Of a DNA stretch of 64,000 bases, positions 9,871-19,638 are shown in pieces. The notes beneath the pieces are model-generated. The model did not search any database. It was not told where the DNA came from and saw only the letters and a program-made list of their open reading frames with translations. The position numbers and the translations under genes are program-made. Each line of letters begins with the position of its first letter. Within the stretch, counting starts at the first letter, position 1. The DNA comes from an uncultured Streptococcus sp. (GTDB lineage Bacteria > Bacillota > Bacilli > Lactobacillales > Streptococcaceae), in NCBI GenBank assembly GCA_963546055.1, contig CAUULS010000011.1:2421-66420 (forward strand). The letters are read 5' to 3'.

Positions 9871-10149
9871 TTAGGATGGGCATGATTTCCAGCCAGCAAG
9901 CCCATCTTTTCTTTCCACCGCATAGCCACAAGGTATATCCGCGACTTGTCCGATGGATGCATCTAGTTTAAATGCATCAGCTAGGGAAATGAGGCGTGCA
10001 TCCTCTCCAGTGTGGTCTTCTGAACACAAAAATTGCCACATGCCATCCTCTTCATCGTGGGAGATAAAGGTGATCGGATTTTTCCCAGCCAAGACATGGT
10101 GACAAACTATACAGGCTGTGTTGGGTGCATCCTTAAATGCAAAAGTCAT
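9871..10149 (-). CDS. Hypothetical protein, possibly DUF2185/immunity-protein-like
   Basis: AGGAGG RBS; HDEEDGMWQF motif. Family assignment from memory only. Confidence 0.55.
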   Translation of the reverse strand: MTFAFKDAPNTACIVCHHVLAGKNPITFISHDEEDGMWQFLCSEDHTGEDARLISLADAFKLDASIGQVADIPCGYAVERKDGLAGWKSCPS

Positions 10150-10180
10150 CTTGAACTTCCTCCTTGAAATACACTAGCAA

Positions 10181-11494
10181 TTACATATTTTTTGCATAAC
10201 CGAAACGCTGATTAATTGTGTGACTCAGGGTGACTAATTTTTCCAAAATATCCCTCTTGCAGATAAATAGCACATAACTATCGCTGTTAATGTCCATACA
10301 AGCAAGACAGAAATCATGTCCAGCCCATTTTTCATCCAAAATTTTACACCAAGTAGGGATTTCATCATCCTCGTCGAACCAATTCTCCTCAAAATCAAGA
10401 GTTTGTTTAGCTGCCAGAGGCGTTAATTGGTACAGAAATTCGCCCTTACCTGTCTTCCAGTCTAACTCAATGACTGCATCCACAGCAAGTAGTTCATCAG
10501 CAATAGCAAGCCATTTTATCGTAGCTTCATTGACTTCTTCTCCTATGCCCCGCTCGTCATATCTCTCTGCATACTGCTTGAAATAGGCTCCTGGCGACTC
10601 GAAACAGGAGGTCAAACGAGATCGTACCTCACTATCATCTGTTAGCAATTGGGTTATTTCCTGATAGATTGCAATATTTTTCTGCTCATCTGTCCGCATA
10701 TCTAGTACAATTTCCCAGCTTTCTAGGTCTGGTGTGACCCTGTTCTCCAAATATGCCCGAAGCAAGTCTTGAGCTTCTTTCTCGCTCAGCCCATTTTTTT
10801 CATAGATTACATTCTCGTTGATCCGTTCAGCATCGGCAACACTGATCTCAAAATGAAAACTGTCCGAATCTTCATCCTGACAAACCTGTACAAAATCAGA
10901 TACAAGCCGACTCCCCTCTAGTTTAACTGGTTGCTGAGGTATTAAAATGAGAAAATCCCTACCACCATCTTTGACAGCTGCCAGTTGCTGCCATACTTCC
11001 TCAAGTTCAAAGCCATTTTGTTCCTTCTCACCATCATCTAGCACCCATTCCGCAAAGATTCTTTCGGAAATGCTCGAAAAATCTGTTCTCTCATCTCCAT
11101 CTAGATAAGGCTGATCACTTGTAACAGGGACCATCTCTTTGACTAGCTTTTCAGCCTCCTTTTGAATCCAATTTTGTCTAAAGAAATGGGCAACAATACC
11201 AGGCAAGATCAAGACAGGTAGACAAATAAAAGTCCCAGCAAGTGCAAGACCCTTATAGCGATTTTTAGTGGGACTTCCTTCTGCTAGCTGATTTAGAAAG
11301 TCCGCTACTTGATTAAAAAGTTCGCCACCACTAATCCAGAATAGGAAAAAACATTCCACACCAAGCAGGGCAAGCCAGATAAGCACCATTCGCTTCGCCG
11401 CCTGACTACAGATCTCCATTTTAGTTTGTATAGGAATAGTTTCTGTCTCAGGAACACTTTGAAACCATTTTTCTGCCCGTTCTTCTTTTGTCAT
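10181..11494 (-). CDS. Hypothetical membrane-anchored acidic multidomain protein
   Basis: 437-aa ORF with two N-terminal hydrophobic segments and an acidic C-terminal region (ELDWK, DINSDSY). Confidence 0.7.
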   Translation of the reverse strand: MTKEERAEKWFQSVPETETIPIQTKMEICSQAAKRMVLIWLALLGVECFFLFWISGGELFNQVADFLNQLAEGSPTKNRYKGLALAGTFICLPVLILPGIVAHFFRQNWIQKEAEKLVKEMVPVTSDQPYLDGDERTDFSSISERIFAEWVLDDGEKEQNGFELEEVWQQLAAVKDGGRDFLILIPQQPVKLEGSRLVSDFVQVCQDEDSDSFHFEISVADAERINENVIYEKNGLSEKEAQDLLRAYLENRVTPDLESWEIVLDMRTDEQKNIAIYQEITQLLTDDSEVRSRLTSCFESPGAYFKQYAERYDERGIGEEVNEATIKWLAIADELLAVDAVIELDWKTGKGEFLYQLTPLAAKQTLDFEENWFDEDDEIPTWCKILDEKWAGHDFCLACMDINSDSYVLFICKRDILEKLVTLSHTINQRFGYAKNM

Positions 11495-11548
11495 CTTTCA
11501 TCTCCTGTAATCTAGCTTCTTATCCTTATTCTACCACGTAGAAAACTA

Positions 11549-11806
11549 CTATTTCCGTTTGATTAGGTACTGAACAGCCTTTTCCAAGCGTTCTTTTTGA
11601 GCTTCAGGGTCGTCTAGGGGTTGGTTGATACAGGCTGTGAGATTTTCGGTAATGATCATCTCAATCACGCGCTCTACACTCGAACGAACCGCTGTCAACT
11701 GGGTAATGATATCTGCACAATCACGCTCTTCTTCTATCATTTTTTGGATACCACGTAACTGGCCTTCTGAGCGTTTAAGCCGTGTAATATACTTTGAGTT
11801 TGTCAT
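11549..11806 (-). CDS. cstR: CsoR/RcnR-family repressor, persulfide-sensing CstR type
   Basis: RLKRSEGQLRGI; fingerprint C30, N55, C59, with Asn in place of the Cu-binding His of CsoR. Confidence 0.82.
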   Translation of the reverse strand: MTNSKYITRLKRSEGQLRGIQKMIEEERDCADIITQLTAVRSSVERVIEMIITENLTACINQPLDDPEAQKERLEKAVQYLIKRK

Positions 11807-11833
11807 TGATTTATCCTTGGTCGATTTTTCTTC

Positions 11834-11862
11834 ATTATATCTCGAATAAGGTTCTTTGTCAA
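11834..11862 (-). promoter_or_regulatory. Consensus sigma-A promoter of cstR
   Basis: TTGACA (11857-11862), 17 bp, TATAAT (11834-11839) on the minus strand. Confidence 0.75.
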
Positions 11863-11939
11863 AATTCTCATCCTATCTGTCTTTGTAGGAACTTATCTTA
11901 ACCGTGTTTTCATGATATAATAGTAAAAAACTGTTCAGA

Positions 11940-12572
11940 ATGGACTTACTTATGAACTCTATCTACGGCACTTGCGAAGCCTACTTACCCACTATCTTGC
12001 AAACTTTTATTGAAGACATGGAAGAGGCTGCAGCTAATTACAAAAAAGAAACCTCCCTCAAGCTATATGAACATTTGCATGCGCGCATCAAAACAGAAAA
12101 AAGTATGCGTGAAAAATGCCAACGCAAAGGCCTTCCTCAGACGAGTCAATCCGCTCTTAAAGAAATCCGAGATGCCATCGGTGTTCGGATCATCACAGGC
12201 TTTACAGATGATATCTACCGCATCGTAGAGTATATTCGCCAGATGCCAAGCATCCATATTTTCAAAGAGAAAGACTATATCCGTCAGGTCAAACCTAATG
12301 GCTACCGTTCCTATCATCTGATTCTAGAGGTGACCACTCCCTACCCAGACTGTCTGGGAAATGACCAGGGTACCTATTTTATCGAGATCCAGCTACGCAC
12401 GATTTCCATGGATTCCTGGGCCAGCCTTGAACACCAGATGAAATACAAGAAAAACATCCAAAATCCTGAGCGAATCACGCGCGAGCTCAAACGTTGTGCC
12501 GATGAGCTTGCTTCATGCGACTTGACCATGCAGACCATCCGTGATTTGATTCAGAGATCTGACCAAGACTAA
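11940..12572 (+). CDS. relP: Small alarmone (p)ppGpp synthetase, RelP-like
   Basis: RIKTEKS, DAIGVRI, KPNGYRSYH, EIQLRT and WASLEH motifs; followed by a two-component system as in S. mutans relPRS. Confidence 0.8.
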   Translation: MDLLMNSIYGTCEAYLPTILQTFIEDMEEAAANYKKETSLKLYEHLHARIKTEKSMREKCQRKGLPQTSQSALKEIRDAIGVRIITGFTDDIYRIVEYIRQMPSIHIFKEKDYIRQVKPNGYRSYHLILEVTTPYPDCLGNDQGTYFIEIQLRTISMDSWASLEHQMKYKKNIQNPERITRELKRCADELASCDLTMQTIRDLIQRSDQD

Positions 12573-12581
12573 GGAGAACCT

Positions 12582-13256
12582 ATGAAAATCCTACTTGCCG
12601 AAGATGAAGCTCAACTAAATCGCGTCATCACTGTTGCTTTAGAACGCGAAGGCTATAGCGTTGATTCTGTTTTTAATGGACAAGATGCTGTCGAAAAAGC
12701 CACAACTAACCACTATCACCTCATGATTTTTGACATCATGATGCCGATCAAGACAGGAATCGAAGCCCTCAAAGAAATTCGCCAGTTGGGCAATACGACC
12801 CACGTCATCATGCTGACAGCCATGGCCGAAGTGGACGACCGCGTAACTGGACTAGATGCGGGTGCCGACGACTACTTGACCAAACCCTTCTCTCTCAAAG
12901 AACTTCTGGCTAGGCTGCGTTCTACTGCCCGCCGTCTGGAGGACTATACACCCGATACCGTCCAATTAGGTAACACCTGCTTAGATATTGATGAGCAAGA
13001 ACTAGTGGCTGCAAACAGCATTCGCCTAGGAAAGAAAGAGACCCAACTCCTGACTCTCCTCATCCAACATGCTAACCAAGCCCTCAGCTCTCAACAACTG
13101 CTAGAACAAATCTGGCCAGATGAGTTAGATGAGAGCGACCACGAACTAGTCTTCCTCTATATCTCCTATCTCCGCCAAAAGCTTCAAAGTGTTCAGTCCA
13201 ACTTGCAAATTTTAGGATCTGCAGAAGGGCCTTTCCAACTGATAGGAGGAGACTAG
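12582..13256 (+). CDS. OmpR-family response regulator (RelR/SptR-like)
   Basis: LAEDE, DIMMP, GADDYLTKPF and winged-helix YISYLRQKL. Confidence 0.9.
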   Translation: MKILLAEDEAQLNRVITVALEREGYSVDSVFNGQDAVEKATTNHYHLMIFDIMMPIKTGIEALKEIRQLGNTTHVIMLTAMAEVDDRVTGLDAGADDYLTKPFSLKELLARLRSTARRLEDYTPDTVQLGNTCLDIDEQELVAANSIRLGKKETQLLTLLIQHANQALSSQQLLEQIWPDELDESDHELVFLYISYLRQKLQSVQSNLQILGSAEGPFQLIGGD

Positions 13257-14489
13257 ATGTTTCGAAAACTACGTATCAAGTTCATTGTTACAGCCACTGC
13301 TGCCATCGCTCTGATTCTTGCCTTCTTTCTAGTCTTGATGAACAGTATCGTCTACACTCAAACTGAGGATAATATCCAAACCGTCCTCTCCATCTTGTCT
13401 AAAAATGAAGGCGAACTCCCAATCACAGATGAAATCAAGGAAAGTTTCACCAAAAAGAACATCCAGGAAGGGATTATTTACAATTTTCAGTATTTCTCTG
13501 TCAGAGAAAAGGGGAATGACTACACTATTTCTCTAGGGAATGTCCAATCACTGACCGAAGCAGACGTCAGAGGTTTTCTCCAGAGAATTCTTAAAAAACC
13601 GGAAACCTATGGCACTATTAGCCGCAACGGGCGCTACTTCACCTACCAGATTAGTCAGACAGCTTCGGGCAAGCTCCTAGTCTTCTTTGAAGCGACTAAC
13701 TACATTCGCGAACGCGACACCCTATTTCAAGTCTCTATCTGGTTATCACTAGCTAGCCTATTTCTCCTTGCTCTGCTCTTTACCTTGATTTCTGGGATTG
13801 TTATCCGTCCCTTCGTCAAAAACTATGAGAAACAACGGATGTTTATCACCAATGCCGGTCATGAACTCAAAACACCGCTGGCTATCATCTCAGCCAATAC
13901 CGAGCTTCAAGAACTCATGGAAGGAGAGACCGAGTGGAGCATCAGCACCAAAGAACAGACCGAGCGTCTCAACCATCTGATTGGAAGACTAATCCGGCTT
14001 GCTCGTCTCGAAGAACAAGAAGATATCAAGCTAACCCAGCAAAATATCTCGCTTATCGCTGAGAAAGTTGCGACAGACTTTGCTCCCCTCTTTAAAAAAG
14101 AAGATAAAAACTTTGAAAGCCTGATTGAGGCAGATATCATAGAAAAAGTTGCTCAGGAGGAATTTTACGAATTACTCAGTATCTTGCTCGACAATGCCCG
14201 CAAATACTGTGATCCAGCAGGCACCATCCGCCTGACTCTCAAACGAAAAGCCTACCTCCTACGCAAACGCACCTGTATCACCGTGTCTAACGACTACAAG
14301 AATGGGCAGCCTGCCAATATCAAACGCTTCTTTGACCGCTTTTATCGCGCCGAAACATCACACAATAACCAAACCACCTCTGGGTATGGCATTGGTCTCT
14401 CCATGGCCCAGCACCTCGTCAGCTTGTTTAGAGGTAAAATCTTTGTCACCTACAAAAAGCAGGTGATTACCTTTACAGTTTGGCTATAA
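13257..14489 (+). CDS. Sensor histidine kinase (RelS/SptS-like)
   Basis: Two TM segments, HELKTPL H-box, LLDNARKY, FDRFYR and GYGIGL. Confidence 0.9.
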   Translation: MFRKLRIKFIVTATAAIALILAFFLVLMNSIVYTQTEDNIQTVLSILSKNEGELPITDEIKESFTKKNIQEGIIYNFQYFSVREKGNDYTISLGNVQSLTEADVRGFLQRILKKPETYGTISRNGRYFTYQISQTASGKLLVFFEATNYIRERDTLFQVSIWLSLASLFLLALLFTLISGIVIRPFVKNYEKQRMFITNAGHELKTPLAIISANTELQELMEGETEWSISTKEQTERLNHLIGRLIRLARLEEQEDIKLTQQNISLIAEKVATDFAPLFKKEDKNFESLIEADIIEKVAQEEFYELLSILLDNARKYCDPAGTIRLTLKRKAYLLRKRTCITVSNDYKNGQPANIKRFFDRFYRAETSHNNQTTSGYGIGLSMAQHLVSLFRGKIFVTYKKQVITFTVWL

Positions 14490-14512
14490 TGGCTTCACTC
14501 TTTATTATTCCA

Positions 14513-14568
14513 TAAAAAGCGAACAAGTTCGCATTCTAAAAACAGAATGCGAGCTTGTCCGCCTTTTT
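14513..14568. terminator. Bidirectional terminator
   Basis: Long imperfect inverted repeat with A and T tails between convergent genes. Confidence 0.7.
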
Positions 14569-14595
14569 CTATGTATATGATGTGTTTTTCACATC

Positions 14596-15450
14596 TCATC
14601 GTTCCAAGCGAATGCGGGTCACAATCCCTTCTGGGTCCACAAGATTCACTTCACTCGAATGTAACCACTTGATTGGAGCTTCTACCTCTTGTGCTTGCTG
14701 AACGATGGCTAAGAGTTCTTCCTTGCTTTCGACCTCAAGGACGTAGTAGGCCAAGCCAGGCAAGCCTGATTTGCGCGGAGCTAGACCTTTTCCAGCCCAT
14801 TCGTTGACAGCCAGATGGTGATGGTACTGACCAGCTGCTATCCAACTAGCACTTGGAATACTAAATTTATCCTCTAACCCTAACACCTTTTGATAAAACT
14901 GACTCGCCGCATGGCTATCCTTAACCGATAGATGGATATGCCCCATTCTCGTCCCCTCAGCTAGTATAAAGGGATCTACCCTTTCCCCTAACTCATAGAT
15001 ATCCTGTGCCGCAAGGGCCTCGGTCACACCGATAATACGTCCGTCTTCTCGAATATCCCATGAAGAAACTGGCTTATCACGGTAGAGTTCAATGCCATTT
15101 CCTTCCAAATCCTCCAGATAAAGGGCTTCACTGTATCCATGATCCGCACCTCCGACCAGAGGAATGCGCAAGTCACTTAGGTGTTTCAAGACATCTGCCA
15201 AGGCTTTTCGTGTCGGTAACAAAATCGCCAGATGGTAGAGCCCATAATACTCCCTTACTTCCCCAGCTTTTTCTGCCTGAATCAAGTGAACCAAGGCTTT
15301 TCTGCCAAGTCCCAAAATCACTTCTGTCTCTGTTTGAGATAAAATCTCCAAGCCAATAATCTGGTGATAAAAAGCCGTTTGACTCGTCAAATCCTTGACA
15401 TTTAAAACCGCCTCTGCTAGGTAAATGTGGCTTTGGTAAGCATAAGTCAT
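14596..15450 (-). CDS. catE: VOC-family protein, catechol 2,3-dioxygenase-like
   Basis: GLYHLAILLP, DHGYSEALY, GNGIELY, MGHIHL and YHHHLAVNEW motifs. Confidence 0.82.
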   Translation of the reverse strand: MTYAYQSHIYLAEAVLNVKDLTSQTAFYHQIIGLEILSQTETEVILGLGRKALVHLIQAEKAGEVREYYGLYHLAILLPTRKALADVLKHLSDLRIPLVGGADHGYSEALYLEDLEGNGIELYRDKPVSSWDIREDGRIIGVTEALAAQDIYELGERVDPFILAEGTRMGHIHLSVKDSHAASQFYQKVLGLEDKFSIPSASWIAAGQYHHHLAVNEWAGKGLAPRKSGLPGLAYYVLEVESKEELLAIVQQAQEVEAPIKWLHSSEVNLVDPEGIVTRIRLER

Positions 15451-15468
15451 AGGGTGTCTCCTTTTTGT

Positions 15469-15487
15469 TGTAACTTTATATATTACA
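15469..15487. promoter_or_regulatory. TGTAA-N9-TTACA operator (SifR-type, Rrf2 family)
   Basis: TGTAACTTTATATATTACA just upstream of the catE RBS. Confidence 0.65.
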
Positions 15488-15557
15488 TCAATTATACACT
15501 ATCGAGATAAAATGTTAACGAAGATAACTCAAAAGAGCTGGAAACCAGCTCTTCTTT

Positions 15558-16595
15558 TTATTTTACAACAAGCTCGTAGCGAGTTTTGCTGGTGAAAGTT
15601 TCCCCGGCTTTGAGAATGACTTGGTCTTTGAGATCACTGTGAATGGCATCTGGTAAAGCTTGCGCTTCAAGGGCAATCCCATTGTGCTGTACCATTGGTT
15701 GGCCTCCGATGAGCACACTCTCATCCACAAAGTTTGCTGTGTAGACCACAAAGCAAGGGGCCTCTGTCTTGAAAAGCAGGAAACGACCTGAGTTTTGGTC
15801 ATAAAGGAAACCAGCATTGTCATGACCTGCGGGAAGAGCAAATGGGTGATCCAAACCAGATACCAACTGGATTTGCTCATCTTCCTCTGCAAAGATGTCC
15901 TTCAGCAAAGCACCATTGTAGATGTGTTTAACCACATCACGAGTAGCATCTGGAGTCTTAGCTGGAACACCGTCTGGAGCGATTGGGTAAATGCCCTCTG
16001 TGTTTAGCTGAAAGACATGACGGTCAATCGTCTGCGTGAAATCACCAGACAAGTTAAAGTAGCTATGATTAGTTGGATTGACAAGCGTATCCTGATCGGT
16101 TGTCACCTTGTAGCTGATTTCGTAGGCGCCAGTTTCTTCCAAGTGATAGCTGATCCAGATCTTAAGATTACCAGGGAATCCTCCTGTCCCGTCTGTACGC
16201 TCTGTGTAGAGGGTCAAGCCATGGTCGCTCACCTCGACCAATTCAAACAAGCTCGAATCCCAACCTGTTGAACCACTGTGGTTGCAGTTGCTAGCATTGT
16301 TGACTTCAAGATTGTAGGTCTTACCATTGAGCTCAAATGTCGCACCTGCAATACGGCCCGCTACAGGACCTACACTTGCTCCATGCTTAGGACTATTGCC
16401 TACATAGCTAGCAAAATCATCAAAACCCAGGATAACATTGGCAAAATTTCCAGCCTTATCAGGTGTGACATAGCGCAAGATGGTCGCACCATAGGTCATG
16501 ATTTCTAGTTGATAGCCACTGTCAGTCTCAAAGCGATAAGCCAAGACATCCTTGCCCTCACGATTTCCAAATACACGCTCTGTGCATGCTTTCAT
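15558..16595 (-). CDS. galM: Aldose 1-epimerase
   Basis: AGRIAGA, NHSG, NPTNHSYFNL and IALEAQ motifs. Confidence 0.9.
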   Translation of the reverse strand: MKACTERVFGNREGKDVLAYRFETDSGYQLEIMTYGATILRYVTPDKAGNFANVILGFDDFASYVGNSPKHGASVGPVAGRIAGATFELNGKTYNLEVNNASNCNHSGSTGWDSSLFELVEVSDHGLTLYTERTDGTGGFPGNLKIWISYHLEETGAYEISYKVTTDQDTLVNPTNHSYFNLSGDFTQTIDRHVFQLNTEGIYPIAPDGVPAKTPDATRDVVKHIYNGALLKDIFAEEDEQIQLVSGLDHPFALPAGHDNAGFLYDQNSGRFLLFKTEAPCFVVYTANFVDESVLIGGQPMVQHNGIALEAQALPDAIHSDLKDQVILKAGETFTSKTRYELVVK

Positions 16596-16741
16596 TCTTC
16601 TCTCCTTTGACTCATTTCTCTTAAGTAAACAAACCATAGAAAGTGTACTCACCAGCTATGGTTGTAGTTTCTATTTTCAGAATTCTTTGTCAGAAAACCT
16701 TAAGTAACTTCTTAACAAAAGGGGATTCTTCTATTCTTGTT

Positions 16742-17737
16742 TTATGCTTCTACACGTTCAGTCCATGAAGTCGCTGTTGTTTGAAGAACCTTGTTGAGTT
16801 CGTCAATGTTCTCAAATCCAGTTGTGCGAAGCCATTCACGAGCTGCTGCTTCACCGTCTTTGATGTAAGCTTCAACTGATCCAGCCCATGTTGCACGGCC
16901 ACAAAGAACGCCGTTGAAGTTTGCACCTGATTCATGGGCAAAGACAAGGGTTTCTTGGAAGAGTTTAGCTGATACACCCGCACTCAAGTAGATGTATGGC
17001 AGGTTCGTTGCTTCGTCTTGTGCTTTGAAGAAGGCTGCTGCTTCTTCGCGAGTATGGACGATTTCACCATCACCAAAGTCTTCAACGTATTTGACATTGA
17101 CTGGAACTTCCACTTTCAAAACATCGATGTTGAAGCGTGGATCTGAAAAGACCTTCATGGCACCGATAACCTTGTGTGGTTTCACTTTTGCGTATTCTGC
17201 AGAACCTGCGTCAGCGATTTTTTCATCGTAAGCCAAGATTTCAAGGAAGAATGGAATGTCTTCCGCCACACACTCAGAACCAATACGTTCGATGTAGGCT
17301 TGTTTTTCTTGGTTGAGTTCGTCAGCGCTGTCTACGTCATAGTAAAGCAAAAACTTAACAGCATCTGCGCCTTGTTCTTTGATGCGTTTGGCAGACCAAA
17401 CATCCAAGCAGTCAGGCAAGCGCTTGGTGCTAGTTGTGTCGTAGCCTGTTTTTTCATAAGCAAGGAGAAGACCAGCATTGGCATCAAGCGCTTTTGTAGC
17501 TGGAAGACCATACTCAGGGTCAAGGAGCATAGATGATGCGTATTTTGTCAATTCATCAGCTACCAACACTTTAAGTTCTTCCATTTGAACGACAGTTGGT
17601 TCTTCTGTTTGGTATTGAGCCATGAGGCGTTTCAAAGCACCACGTTGATCAAAGGCGAGAGCTGAGATAATACCGTTCTCGTCAGAGAGCTTTTTCAAAC
17701 AAGCTACTTTATTGGGACTTAATTGTAATTTACTCAT
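16742..17737 (-). CDS. lacD: Tagatose-1,6-bisphosphate aldolase
   Basis: [27 protein letters not shown] and GVLCGRATW motifs. Confidence 0.93.
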   Translation of the reverse strand: MSKLQLSPNKVACLKKLSDENGIISALAFDQRGALKRLMAQYQTEEPTVVQMEELKVLVADELTKYASSMLLDPEYGLPATKALDANAGLLLAYEKTGYDTTSTKRLPDCLDVWSAKRIKEQGADAVKFLLYYDVDSADELNQEKQAYIERIGSECVAEDIPFFLEILAYDEKIADAGSAEYAKVKPHKVIGAMKVFSDPRFNIDVLKVEVPVNVKYVEDFGDGEIVHTREEAAAFFKAQDEATNLPYIYLSAGVSAKLFQETLVFAHESGANFNGVLCGRATWAGSVEAYIKDGEAAAREWLRTTGFENIDELNKVLQTTATSWTERVEA

Positions 17738-17747
17738 AGACACTTCC

Positions 17748-18914
17748 TTACTTTTGATAGTCATGAATGATAACACCTTGTACCACACGGTTTACTGTAC
17801 CTGTAGGAGACGGCGTATCTGGTTTATTTTTTACCTTGAGTGAAGTCAATAGGGCAAAGAGTTGGGCATAAACGATGTAAGGGAAGACACGGTAAATATC
17901 ATTCAAGACACCGCCACAACCAAGGGCCACTTCCTTGACATTTTCAAGACCAAAGGTTTGATCACTCAAAAGCACGACACGACGAGCAATCTGGTCACCA
18001 GCCACTTCACGAACCAAGTCCAAATCATACTTGCGAGTGTAGTCTGTCGTTGTACCAAATACCAAAACAACTGTATCTTCGTTAATCAATGATTTTGGAC
18101 CGTGACGGAAGCCAACTGGACTTTCATACATAGTCGCCACTTGACCAGCTGTTAATTCCAAAATCTTGAGCTGAGCTTCATGAGCAAGACCGAAGAAAGG
18201 ACCTGCACCCAGATAGATGACACGGTTAAAGTCAAGGTCAACCAACTCTTTGACATCTTCTGCATTGTCTAGGACCTTACGGGCAAGGCTAACCACAACT
18301 TCAAAACGTTCAGCCTTAACAGCAAATTCTGTAGGATCAAAGACCAAGAGTGCGGTCAACATCATAGATGTAAAGCTAGAAGTCATAGCAAATCCAGCGT
18401 CATTAGAAGCAGCTGGTTGCAAGAGCAAGAGATTGCGGTCATCACCATGAGCTTGAAGAGCCAATTTCCCTTCTGCAGCACATGTAATGGTCACTTGATA
18501 GAGGTCATCAACTAAGGCTTTAGCCAAATCAACTGTCGCCACACTTTCAGGTGAATTTCCACTACGAGCAAAGGATACAAGAACAGTTGCCACATCTTTT
18601 TTCAGATAGGTTTCTGGATTGGCTACAATATCTGTTGTCGCAATGGCATTAAAGTTCCATTTGCGTTCGTCATAGACTTCCTTAAAGTATGGTACCAAGG
18701 TATCTCCCACATAAGCAGAAGTACCAGCACCCGTCAAGATGACCTTGATATAGTCATGTTTATCAGCGATCCCTTGCAGAAAGGCTGCAATTTCTTCCCG
18801 TTTCGCTTGATAGGCTTCAAAAGCCTCTTTCCATACATCAGGCTGTTGGTAGATTTCACGAGTCGTGATTTCTGCACCCAGTTCAAGTAATTCTTCTTTT
18901 GTGTAATTTAGCAT
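17748..18914 (-). CDS. agaS: Galactosamine-6-phosphate deaminase/isomerase (SIS domains)
   Basis: [17 protein letters not shown] and GFRHGPKS motifs. Confidence 0.9.
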   Translation of the reverse strand: MLNYTKEELLELGAEITTREIYQQPDVWKEAFEAYQAKREEIAAFLQGIADKHDYIKVILTGAGTSAYVGDTLVPYFKEVYDERKWNFNAIATTDIVANPETYLKKDVATVLVSFARSGNSPESVATVDLAKALVDDLYQVTITCAAEGKLALQAHGDDRNLLLLQPAASNDAGFAMTSSFTSMMLTALLVFDPTEFAVKAERFEVVVSLARKVLDNAEDVKELVDLDFNRVIYLGAGPFFGLAHEAQLKILELTAGQVATMYESPVGFRHGPKSLINEDTVVLVFGTTTDYTRKYDLDLVREVAGDQIARRVVLLSDQTFGLENVKEVALGCGGVLNDIYRVFPYIVYAQLFALLTSLKVKNKPDTPSPTGTVNRVVQGVIIHDYQK

Positions 18915-19125
18915 AGAGTTCCTCTTTTTCTATCAAATATGGGAATGGGAGTGACTCCCATTCCCATGTATATTCTATACAAGCTGTTCTAACGATTTTC
19001 ACGTTGTCACATCTTATTGAATTGAGTTCCAACTAAAATCTTGGGGAAAAAGACCGATTATCGTCGGAGCATCGCTCCATCCTCCTATCGCCTATTTTCC
19101 CTGTGATTTTTACGTCGTCACATCG

Positions 19126-19233
19126 TATACTCAATGAAAATCAAAGAGCAAACTAGGAAGCTAGCCACAGGCTGTACTAAAGTACGGCAAGGCGACGCTG
19201 ACGTGGTTTGAATTTGATTTTCGAAGAGTATTA
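19126..19233 (-). repeat. BOX element (boxA + boxC, no boxB)
   Basis: Minus strand TAATACTCTTCGAAAATC...AAACCACGTCAGCGTCGCCTTGCCG...GGCTAGCTTCCTAGTTTGCTCTTTGATTTTCATTGAGTATA; overlaps the EIIA stop codon. Confidence 0.88.
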
Positions 19234-19635
19234 TTCGTCTTCGTCATCATCGAAGCCAGCTAACAAATCATTGACTTTTACAATGCTTTCTGCAGCACGG
19301 CTCTTATAGTCCGCATCTGCACCTGTAAGGCTCGCATTGATAAATTCAATCACCATTGGCAGATTCATTCCTGCGTAGAGTTCAATGTCGCGACCTTCCA
19401 TGATCAAGCGGCTTACCACGTTACATGGTGTGCCACCGAGAAGGTCCGCAAAGACTAGGAAATCATCCAATCCTTCGATAGCAGCTTCAAATTTTGCAGT
19501 AAATTCTTCTGGACCATCTTCTGGAAGAAGGGCCACTGCATGAATGTTGTCCTGTGGACCCATGATCATTTCTGTGCTACCTTTAAGTTCTTCACAGAAA
19601 CGACCATGACTCACCAAAATTAATGATTTACTCAT
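19231..19635 (-). CDS. Mannose-family PTS EIIA (GalNAc/galactose system)
   Basis: LVSHG, ADLLGGTP and GMNLPM motifs. Confidence 0.9.
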   Translation of the reverse strand: MSKSLILVSHGRFCEELKGSTEMIMGPQDNIHAVALLPEDGPEEFTAKFEAAIEGLDDFLVFADLLGGTPCNVVSRLIMEGRDIELYAGMNLPMVIEFINASLTGADADYKSRAAESIVKVNDLLAGFDDDEDE

Positions 19636-19638
19636 AAA

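Noticed and set aside
11841..11848. CTCGAATA on the plus strand as a SigX box for relP
   Set aside because: Two mismatches to consensus, lies in the spacer of the consensus cstR promoter, and relP has its own TGaTATAAT.
16699..16716. TTAAG repeat upstream of galM as a CiaR box
   Set aside because: Period is 12 bp rather than 11, and I see no properly placed -10.
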